NCBI GenBank assembly: GCA_023645945.1
Contig: JALAIB010000071.1
Location: forward strand, 1-35,707
Direction: 5' to 3'
From: Diploschistes diacapsis
Taxonomy: Eukaryota
Length of the DNA: 35,707 nt
A model generated the notes under the pieces. The model saw only the letters and a list, made by a program, of their open reading frames with translations, searched no databases and was not told the DNA's origin. The translations under genes were made by a program, and so were the position numbers. This document shows, piece by piece, positions 27,319 through 35,707 of the stretch; position 1 is the stretch's first letter, and each line of letters starts with the position of its first letter.

Positions 27319-28159
27319 ATGGCATCCACTACCAGAGAAACGGTGCACAAGGAGCCATACTGAACAGCGCACCTTGTAACGAGGGCTCAGTGGCTACAGG
27401 CGCGACCTGCTCATAAGATATACAGGAATTCCTGCAGATAACTTCGTGTCCCACCTCTCCCCAATGCGCGACAAAGCCTGGGTAATTCGACCATTTCCCT
27501 GCATAGGATCTGGTCTCTTCGTCCGCCCGCGAATCGATTTAGCTCTGGGTTATCGCCTTATCGTGTCTAAGATGGTGAAAACAGACGCCCTTCTTGTCGA
27601 TATCGGATATCTTATAGGGAAAATCTTCGTGGCCTAGTAAATGATGGTGTAGATAGCACGAAGCTGACAGGAGTCGACCTCAACTTCTGGGACCTCGGGT
27701 TCGAGATGTTTCGTGACGAAAAGCGCTTTCACGCTCGCTTTATCCAAGCAGATGTCCTGCATCCCTCTACCGAGCTCCAGCAAATGCAATCCGATCTTGT
27801 TTGGGTAGCAATTGTACTGCGCCAATGGCCTTATTCACTTCAGATGGATGCTTATAAGAACCTCATCAAGGTGTGCAAAGCCGACGGCATCATCGCTGGC
27901 TTGCAGATTGGCAGTGAAGACCCGAAGAGATGGGGAGAGTTCAGTGACTTTTGGCTCATCGGTTCATGGCAAGACCTTTTGGCACGACGCGTCTTCCTTG
28001 AAGGAGATATGGAGGCAGCTAGGCGAGGAGGCTGGCACCCATTGGGAATGCGAAGCATGTCTGAACGACTGGGTTGCAGTTGGTTACGATGAGGAGGACA
28101 TGCAGTACCTGGGACATAATTCTCAAGTCCTGCGATTTTCCATGCGGCGTATGCGCTGA
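27319..28159 (+). pseudogene. Disrupted SAM-dependent methyltransferase (AusD/Trt5-like)
   Basis: Family-like segments lie in different frames: RDLLIRYTGIP..RDKAWVIRPFPCIG..LLVDIGYLIG, then LRGLVNDGVDSTKLTGVDLNFWDLGFEMFRDEKRFHARFIQADVL, then FWHDASSLKEIWRQLGEEAGTHWEC..LRFSMRR*. There is a premature TGA near 27361 and frameshifts near 27385, 27620 and about 27940-27970, with no introns that restore frame. Confidence 0.8.
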
Positions 28160-28589
28160 TAAAAGAGGTAGGCATATCTAGTTGGAATGCCCCCCCAGTC
28201 AGATAAACCTCAGGCCCTTAGCATTAGTTCTTAGGAAGGTAGGTTCAATTCAACTTCTATATAGAAGATATCTCGTAGCATCAATGATCAAAGAGAACCC
28301 GCTAGATGGGGGCATGAAGGTAGTGTAAGAAACTGCATTCTTTTCTTTCCCATGCGCCAAGAAATCTGCTGTATACGGACTTCACCCTGCATCATTGTGC
28401 AGGAGCTCTTTCAACTCGTGCGCAGTCACAGGACATCGAGCTATGAAAGATTGAGCAAGCACTCTTTTTACGATTCTTTAGATTCGCTTCGAATTGCATA
28501 ATGGGGTGTCGAAGCCCCGAACCATAGTTTGCGCTTGCTGAAACAGACCGGTCTAGGTAAGCTCACACGGCAACAACCTCACCGCAAGC

Positions 28590-29849
28590 ATGAAAAGCAT
28601 GAATGAAGACGACCTCTATCGCAGTTCGACTCAGTTTCGCCTCTGGTCCTTCACAGAACGGGCGCTTGCTGATCTCCGCTCCTCTACCAACTCTCTTGCC
28701 GCACAGCGGGTCCGCGATGCGATCAAGCGCTCTCGAACCAAGGAGGGGCAGCCTGGATCCGGGGACGATGTGGACTGTCTCACAGTCGAAGAAGAGCAGA
28801 AGCTCGTAAGGTTCTACTGCAGCAAGGCCATGGACTTCTCTGATTTCTGTGGCTTTCCCACCTCGGTGAAGGCAAAGCCACCACCCTACATTCGAAGGCG
28901 ATTCGTTGACCTCTTTCCACAGTCAACGGCCCTCCAAATCCTAAAACGCTTCTATCTCTCCAACTCCCCCATGACCTACCACCCCAAATCTCTCATGCCT
29001 TGCGCCCTCTTCCTCGCCACGAAATGCGAAAACCACTACACCGTTCTCTCAGACTTCGCCTCCAAGCTCCCCAAAACCAGCCCCGAAGACGTCCTCGCCC
29101 CGGAATTCCTCCTCACCCAAGGCCTACGCTTCACCTTCGACGTCCGCCACCCCTACCGCGCCCTCGAAGGCGGGACGATGGAGCTCAACGAGATGGCGCT
29201 CAGCAGCTACATTCCACCAGCCGGAAGTCTCATGACCGGCGCGGAGGTCAAGGCACGGCTCCTCAGCCTCAAGCCAGCAAGCGGTGATGGTGCGGCGGGC
29301 AAGAAAACCCCCGCCGAGCTTCAAGACCGCATCAAACGCGCCCACGGCAAAGCGCGCGAGCTCCTCAACACCACCGCGATCCTAACGGACGCCTACTTCC
29401 TCTACACGCCCTCGCAGATCTTCCTCTCCTCCCTCCTCGCCGCCGATGAACCCGTCGCGCGGTTCTATCTGCACGTCCTCCTCTCCTCCGCGCGCCCATC
29501 CGGGTCCAGCGTCGATGAACCGTCCAGCCTCGAGATCCGGCTGCTGAGCCTTTTGAAAGAATGTGCGGCTCTGCTCACGGACCCGAGCAGCAGGAAGCCG
29601 GACAGCGAGGCGCAGAAGAAAGAGTTGACGCGGATCGACAAGAAGCTCTGGAAGTGCCGGAATCCGGAGAAGGTGGATTTCTTGGGGATGAGCAAAGGGG
29701 CCGGTAAGGGTGGTAGTAGTGGGCAGAGCAAGGAGGGAGCTGCAGGAGAGGGAGAAGTGGACGAGAAGGTTGTCAAGAAGAGGAAACTGGAGAGGGATCG
29801 GGCGGCGAAAGAGGAGGCGGAGCTTTTTGGAGGGGAGTTGAAGAGGTGA
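28590..29849 (+). CDS. ccl1: Cyclin H (TFIIH kinase module cyclin, Ccl1/Mcs2-like)
   Basis: EDDLYRSSTQFRLWSFT, LTVEEE, KRFYLSNSPMTYHPK, ALFLATKCEN, LRFTFDVRHP and TDAYFLYTPSQI. Probable in-frame intron 28872-28922. The start may be 28599. Confidence 0.93.
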   Translation: MKSMNEDDLYRSSTQFRLWSFTERALADLRSSTNSLAAQRVRDAIKRSRTKEGQPGSGDDVDCLTVEEEQKLVRFYCSKAMDFSDFCGFPTSVKAKPPPYIRRRFVDLFPQSTALQILKRFYLSNSPMTYHPKSLMPCALFLATKCENHYTVLSDFASKLPKTSPEDVLAPEFLLTQGLRFTFDVRHPYRALEGGTMELNEMALSSYIPPAGSLMTGAEVKARLLSLKPASGDGAAGKKTPAELQDRIKRAHGKARELLNTTAILTDAYFLYTPSQIFLSSLLAADEPVARFYLHVLLSSARPSGSSVDEPSSLEIRLLSLLKECAALLTDPSSRKPDSEAQKKELTRIDKKLWKCRNPEKVDFLGMSKGAGKGGSSGQSKEGAAGEGEVDEKVVKKRKLERDRAAKEEAELFGGELKR

Positions 29850-30240
29850 GGGGTGTTGATTTGTGGTTATCGATTTATGGCGTGAGGGCATCCACGGGCG
29901 ATTGTTGCTGTTTAGCGTGGCGTTATGAAGGGCTTTATGCATTTGCATAGCGACACTGGGAGCAAAAGTCGGCTGATTTTGTTACGTGATATGGTACCCA
30001 GAGGAAATTCGGCATCTCTGCAGGCGTTGAGAATAATGATCATTACCAATACACTTGCGCTCGCGCTGAATGAGTTTGAGTTCCTGCGTCCACCCGTGTC
30101 CTGTGCTAAAGAAACAAATGTGCCACTCCAAAGGGTATCAGTATCACGTCCCTGCCTAAAAATCGACTCGTTCCTCCGTTCCAGCCCCCCCAAAAGACAT
30201 TATCGTTCCCAAGCCCATGAATTCGATCAAGTCCATGCTA

Positions 30241-33200
30241 CTACATCCCATTTTCATCCCTACTCCTCAAGAAAATCTCCAGCACAATCCTTTTCCTTTC
30301 CGCCTCCGCCTTCCTAGCCTTCGCGCTCATCGCCGCCTTCCGTCCCACCTCGAACACGAGCGGCAGGAACACCTCAACATACGCCTTCTCGATCTCTCTC
30401 CGCCTTAGGCTTCTCGGATCCGTCGCCAAGCTCATCCCTCGAGCCCTCTTCAGCAGCGCCTCGGGGCTTTTCGGACCCAGGGGGCTCGAGATTTTGCTCT
30501 CGTCCTGGTCTTCCGGGGAAGCTAGCTGCGAGATGATGCGCTGTAGCATGAACGTGATGAAGGTGAAGCTCACGCTGCGGATTGGAGAGGCGGAAATGAC
30601 GTCGAGGATATGGCTCCTCAGGTCCTCGCCGGCTAGTGGAGGGCGCTTTGTTTTCTCGTGCTCAGCGAGGGAGCTGGAGAGTTGGAACCAGAGGGCATCG
30701 GGGATGAGGCGGCCAGGCATGTAGGAAAGAAAAAGAACGAGGGTTCGCGCAAGGAGTTCCGTTTTTGTGACCGGCGGAATAGAGCTTGGGAAGTCGAGAG
30801 GAGACCCTGTATCAAGGGCCTCACGGATGGCAAGGAGGTCTGAGGCATGTTGATTGGCTTGTTCTGGTGCTGCGTTATTAGCATCTTGGGAGAACGGCCA
30901 GCCGATTTTGGCTGTTTGGTCATGGGAGTAATCATTGTTTGAGGCGATGGCGGCGGAGAGGTTTTCTTCGAGGGACTCAGTTAGGCGGAAGAGCTCTCGA
31001 GGGGCAGACCAACGGACGTCCTCTTTATCAAGGGCGGCAGGTAAAGGCTTGCTTCGGGCTCCTTCTTTTGGCAGCCGAACGAGCTTATCGAGGGGAACCC
31101 CGAAGCATGACCGAAGCCACTTTGCGTGGATGGGGATGAAATGATCGGGACCGTTGCGAACTTGTAGGATGAGGATATCGTCTGGTTTGGAAATGCCTTC
31201 GTTGAATGATGCAAGATCGCTTGGATGGATAACCTGGGCAATAACTTCCACGTTCATCGTGTCTCCGGGCTGAAGGGTGAAATCGAGCATATTTAGATGC
31301 TTGCACTTTTCGTCAAGCGCCTTATGGTGGAAGACCAAACGTACCCAGGATGGCGTTGCTTCCACTCCTTGTTTAGCTAAGAAGCAGAAATTTGCAAGTA
31401 CAGGCGAAGTGTTTGCCAATGTCACAGTAATGGACTTCTCTTCTCTGAATCTGATGTCTCCAAAATAGCAGCCTTCGCCCCTATCCCTTGCATGATTATG
31501 GTTTTCGATTATAACGGTGATTGCAGGCCTACCTTCGTTCTCCGCTCTGTCAATCTCGCGTGCCACCTCCTGATGAATTGCGGTTTTCCGCTCGGGATCA
31601 ACGGCATCGTACTCCATCGTGAAGATTGCGTCCAAAGGTTTATGGTCGGAGGATAGGACTCGTTGATGTGAAGTATAATACTCTATATGCAACCGATCCT
31701 CCACAGTGCCATCCTGCGAAGCGCCCGCAGAAACATGCTCATCGCCTTCATTATTTTCGTCATAGTCGTCGTCACCACCATCAGCTTCAGCGTCGTTGTC
31801 AAATATCACCTCATCAGTACTACCTTCGAGACCCCTCGCTTTCATCTCCTGGTCCCGCCTCCTCGCTTCATCATGCTCTTTCTCGCGTTTCAAATACTCC
31901 ACATAATCCTTCCGCGTTCGATACAGAATCCGATCACACCAGCTCGGCGCTCTCTTCTTTTCACTCGAGTCGAACATTCCAACACTTCCAATATCGTATT
32001 TGTACGTTGGCAGAAATTTAATCGGACCTTCACGCCAGCCTTCGGAGAAGGCCTTCTTAAGCCGCATCTGCTCGTGTAGCTGGTCGTGCACTATCAGAGA
32101 TGATACTGTAGTCTGGACAGATGTGGGGTCTTCAGAAGGGTCGAGTTCCTCCTCGTGCTCAGTTGAGGGTTCTGTGTCTCCAGAACCGATCTTCATGCTA
32201 GCCATAGATTTAAGGCTTGACTCGGGATGATCGCTATCGATCTTAAGTTCTTTTTCAATGTGCACTGCAGAAGCTTGCTTCGTACCGTACTCATCACGAG
32301 TATGCAGCATCAGTAGCCTCCTAACATCTTCACCGGGTATGCTTCCCAGACGATAATTCAGATCCCCAAACCAAAAGGCAAAGTCCTCGTCCCCAATTTC
32401 ATCTCCAATTTCCTCAACGACACCATTTCCATGGTCCACAGGAGCGAAGCGCGTTCTTTGCATTATTTGTCCAAAGTCCCAGTTCCTTCGGTCAAGACTA
32501 GCCTTGTCGCTACCAGCAGCTAAGTGAGAGTTCACAAAGACAACCTTTGTCCTTTCACCGAGGACTATTCGAGCGGCGACAGCACCCTTATTTCCCATGT
32601 AGCCCATCAAACCAGTCCCGACATGCGTGGTGCTCACGGATGACACAGTCTTGGCTATGTCAGGAGAGGCATAGACTAGAAGGAGGAGGCCGATAAGCTG
32701 ATGTTCGGCGACAAGAGCGTAGCCTTCAGGTAGGGCCTTTGATACGGCTTCCTTCCATATCCTAGAGGGATGAGGATCGTTGAACGGCCGTAGCGCCTCA
32801 GCAGCAGAATTCACGTCCACAATCTCCTGAAGCCCAAGCGCGTAGATGCCAATCTCGTCATCTTTGGGGAGATCACCAGGATCGTTAATAGGAACGGTCG
32901 ATGCCCTGGGATTCTGTCTCTTTTCCTGGTGAACAACACCTTCAACGTCATGCTCTTCGCGCTTCTTCTCCTCGTCTCGTTTCGTGCCAATACCCCCTTG
33001 AGCCTTCGAGATTCCTTTGCCATGAGCGAACCATTCCCCAAGATCTCTAACCGTGCCTGGTAAAGCTGCAACGTTCCATGACCCAACCTTGATCTTGAAC
33101 TTTAACGTTCTTGTGTATTCATCACGCCGATCGTAGACTTCCCTAGCAAGATTCCTTTGCACTTGGAATTTTGACGCAATGTCGTCTTCAGGGAACGAGC

Positions 33201-33258
33201 CCGGCACTCGGTTGGAAGGAGACTTCTGTAACTCTCCAGAGTCTCTCGACGACGACAT
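30241..33258 (-). CDS. Inositol polyphosphate 5-phosphatase, OCRL/INPP5B-like
   Basis: Single 1005-aa ORF with SWNVA, LGLQEIV, GNKGAV, WFGDLNYR, PTYKY, PSWCDRILY and SDHKP. These are followed by an ASH-like beta region and a RhoGAP-like helical tail (CFGVPLDKL, WSAPRELFRL). Confidence 0.93.
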   Translation of the reverse strand: MSSSRDSGELQKSPSNRVPGSFPEDDIASKFQVQRNLAREVYDRRDEYTRTLKFKIKVGSWNVAALPGTVRDLGEWFAHGKGISKAQGGIGTKRDEEKKREEHDVEGVVHQEKRQNPRASTVPINDPGDLPKDDEIGIYALGLQEIVDVNSAAEALRPFNDPHPSRIWKEAVSKALPEGYALVAEHQLIGLLLLVYASPDIAKTVSSVSTTHVGTGLMGYMGNKGAVAARIVLGERTKVVFVNSHLAAGSDKASLDRRNWDFGQIMQRTRFAPVDHGNGVVEEIGDEIGDEDFAFWFGDLNYRLGSIPGEDVRRLLMLHTRDEYGTKQASAVHIEKELKIDSDHPESSLKSMASMKIGSGDTEPSTEHEEELDPSEDPTSVQTTVSSLIVHDQLHEQMRLKKAFSEGWREGPIKFLPTYKYDIGSVGMFDSSEKKRAPSWCDRILYRTRKDYVEYLKREKEHDEARRRDQEMKARGLEGSTDEVIFDNDAEADGGDDDYDENNEGDEHVSAGASQDGTVEDRLHIEYYTSHQRVLSSDHKPLDAIFTMEYDAVDPERKTAIHQEVAREIDRAENEGRPAITVIIENHNHARDRGEGCYFGDIRFREEKSITVTLANTSPVLANFCFLAKQGVEATPSWVRLVFHHKALDEKCKHLNMLDFTLQPGDTMNVEVIAQVIHPSDLASFNEGISKPDDILILQVRNGPDHFIPIHAKWLRSCFGVPLDKLVRLPKEGARSKPLPAALDKEDVRWSAPRELFRLTESLEENLSAAIASNNDYSHDQTAKIGWPFSQDANNAAPEQANQHASDLLAIREALDTGSPLDFPSSIPPVTKTELLARTLVLFLSYMPGRLIPDALWFQLSSSLAEHEKTKRPPLAGEDLRSHILDVISASPIRSVSFTFITFMLQRIISQLASPEDQDESKISSPLGPKSPEALLKRARGMSLATDPRSLRRREIEKAYVEVFLPLVFEVGRKAAMSAKARKAEAERKRIVLEIFLRSRDENGM

Positions 33259-33618
33259 CAGGGCGCTCTATAAAGCGCAATAAGATATCGGAAAGGGGAC
33301 AGACTCTTATGCCTTGAACCTTGAAGTTGCTCGGGCAGCGCAGCGGGGCACGCCTTGAAGATTGCGGATCAGGAGCGCACTTGTGGATTATTAGCTTCCT
33401 TCATCACAAATCCCCCTTACACTTGACCATGAGACCCTCTTGTCTGAGTTATCAGAAGATTTACTGATTCATATATCTGGTTGGGAGGGAAAATAGCTAC
33501 TATATGGGGGTGCCATGAAGATCAAGAACCTCTTCACGTGCTAGCTTCATTAACCGACTTGAAGCTTCATCTTTCGAAGCGCACCTTCTAAGACTTCAAA
33601 GGTCATCAAAAGACCGCT

Positions 33619-34485
33619 ATGGCAGTGCATCGAGGGAAACATCACGTCCAAAATTCTATCGTCTCTGACTATGAGAGCGACGTGCATTATCTTTCCGACA
33701 TCCCACCTCCCCCCCCAGAGAGGACCGACGAAGAGCTCAACCTCTCCGTGCTACGGAGATATAATAGAGATGTGCGAACCTTGGAGTATGTGGCACCTTA
33801 CGTGGTCGTATACAACTTCGTGCCAGACACCCTGAGTTGGGAAAAGAGCGGCATCGAGGGTTCGACGTTTCTCTGCGCACTACAACCGAATAGGGAGTAT
33901 GGCTATCGCTGTGCAGTCACCGTTCTCAATAGAAGAAGCCCGGAGAACTTGAATATCGAGATCCGCAGTCGTGAAACAGTCGAGATATCGGAGGAGTATA
34001 TCATCTTGAAGAATGAGGCACATGGGGATGCTCAGATACATGGGCTATGGGTTTTCCGTGAACCTCCACCGTCATCTACTGCACACCACCCAGAAGAGTT
34101 TGCAAAGAAGGTACAAGAGTGCGCGGAAAAGGTGGAATTGAGCCACAGAAGGGTTCCGTTAGGCCGGGACAGTGAAGAAGAGAAAGGAGAGAGTGCTCCA
34201 ATGGGTCGACAAATATCCCTCAGCCAGTTGTTCGGGCAGCAGAGACAAGAGGATGATTCTTGGAGTATTCGAAGTCACAGTCCAAGCAGGCCTCCAGCGC
34301 AGCCCTTCCAGCAGACAGCACCGCCGTTGGCATCACATTTCACTAACACAGCCGACACGGACTTTTTTAGAGCTGGCGTAAGGCCAACGGCCGCCCCATC
34401 GCCTGCTGTATCCGCTCAATCCAACGGCCAACGAGAAACCTTATTGGAGCTGTTTCATAAATTGAGCGAGACCAGGCCAATCTAG
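33619..34485 (+). CDS. dcp1: mRNA decapping factor Dcp1-like (EVH1/PH-like)
   Basis: LNLSVLRR..APYVVVYNF..WEKSGIEGSTF..VLNRRSPENL..IHGLW pattern, followed by a low-complexity tail. Confidence 0.85.
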   Translation: MAVHRGKHHVQNSIVSDYESDVHYLSDIPPPPPERTDEELNLSVLRRYNRDVRTLEYVAPYVVVYNFVPDTLSWEKSGIEGSTFLCALQPNREYGYRCAVTVLNRRSPENLNIEIRSRETVEISEEYIILKNEAHGDAQIHGLWVFREPPPSSTAHHPEEFAKKVQECAEKVELSHRRVPLGRDSEEEKGESAPMGRQISLSQLFGQQRQEDDSWSIRSHSPSRPPAQPFQQTAPPLASHFTNTADTDFFRAGVRPTAAPSPAVSAQSNGQRETLLELFHKLSETRPI

Positions 34486-34634
34486 TTCGGCCTCATCAAC
34501 GGCAACCTCTCCCATTGAATGACTTTTTAGCAGCAATGCTACCATAGCAGGAAACCTGACAATGCCAGCAGTATTGATTCCCAACGGCTTTCTCGTAAGT
34601 CTAGAGCCATTTCTGTTGCATCTTCGCTGTGGCC

Positions 34635-35707
34635 TCAATTATTCCCAACCATCTCCTTTATCCACGCTGCCGTTTTCTCGGCAACCACCGAGCTATGCCC
34701 TACCCAAATTAGTACTCTCGTCTCCCCCAACACTTCAAGCTTCAACTCACATATACAGAAACTATGTGGAATCCCTAAATCGTCAATCATCATCTTCGCC
34801 TTCCACTCCTCGCCCATCTTATTGCATCCTCTTGCCGCAATCAAATCATCTCTGGTTCGATCCGCAACCCATTTGTCAATTGTCCCAAAATAGAAAACCA
34901 GCTTCGGTCTCGGTGCTCCCGGACCTGGAACGGCAGCGCCCCATATATCCTCGTCCCAGCGGTCCGAGGTAATTTCATGCATCTCGTCACGGGCCATGTG
35001 TCTGTATTTCGTTAGTTCGGCTGGCATAGTCCAAGGGCTTAGAGATTAGGATTGATGGTTTGTACGTACAGTGCTTGCCGCAATCCACGTTTAGATGTAA
35101 GAAAGTCGGCTGTCACGTCCGCGGCATTGTCGGGCTGCCCGGTCTGCTTCTTAATGAGCCAGTGCAGGAGGGGCCGGCTGAGGCAGAGCAGCAGCGGTCG
35201 TATCAGTAGCGTGGTGAGGTACGCGAGGAAAGGGAGGCGGAGAAGCCACTATGAGAGTAGATGTTAGCGGCAGCATAAATAACCAAAGAAGCATGGAAAA
35301 TAGAAACCCTGCTCTTCTTCTTCTACATCCCGTTTTTTGTCGCTCTCATTCTCTTTGACCCCAACCCTTCATTATTCTCTCTATACAACCAGAGTCGTCC
35401 CCTAGCTCCTTCTCCTATTTCCCTTGTTACCGCCTTACTTACTATCCCCGTATAAACTCAAACCTACCATCAGCCCAGCCAGGTCCAAGACAAACCCCAA
35501 ACCAAAAAGGAAACACCCTCAACTCACTCCAAACTTCCTCCCCCACGGACTCTCTCCCAACCAAGTAACCGTAGGCCAAAGCCCCACAAAACCCAAAATA
35601 TTCACTCCCTCTCTTGCTCTTTCTCTTTCTCCCTCTCCCTTTCCCTCCTCGTCCTCATCTCCTCCCTCTACACCACCCTTCACCCCCTTTTCCACTTCTA
35701 CCTCCCC
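34635..35707 (-). CDS. Lipid-droplet-associated hydrolase-like (LDAH/DUF2305), 5'-truncated by the window end
   Basis: Exons encode ILGFVGLWPTVTWLGESPWGRKF, TADFLTSKRGLRQAL|HMARDEMHEI, LVFYFGTIDKWV and IPHSFCI|HSSVVAEK. GT-AG introns join them; stop at 34637-34635. Confidence 0.8.

Noticed and set aside
18723..28159. Intact secondary-metabolite gene cluster
   Set aside because: There is no backbone enzyme, transporter or cluster regulator, and the hydrolases are interspersed with housekeeping genes.

Overview
This is eukaryotic DNA from a filamentous ascomycete (Pezizomycotina-type genes with short GT/GC-AG introns and CTRAC branch sites). From about 7.7 kb to the end it is gene-dense. In order it holds: an S53 aorsin/tripeptidyl-peptidase-like protease (-), alpha-actinin (-), PAK kinase Cla4 (-), an HSL-type alpha/beta hydrolase (+), an uncharacterised coiled-coil protein (-), a DUF89/ARMT1-like phosphatase (+), a secreted type-B carboxylesterase (-), a frameshifted AusD-like methyltransferase pseudogene (+), cyclin H (+), an OCRL-like inositol 5-phosphatase (-), a Dcp1-like protein (+) and the 3' part of an LDAH-like hydrolase (-). 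The first ~7.4 kb has no recognisable intact gene. Read by hand through stops and frameshifts, it looks like two divergently oriented, decayed large genes built from diverged internal repeats: a roughly 3x ~285-bp unit, a 171-bp-spaced pair and a 3x helical unit. I cannot assign these to any family, and they are the best candidate for something undescribed. I found no rRNA, tRNA, CRISPR array or recognisable transposase. All exon boundaries and alignments were read by eye.
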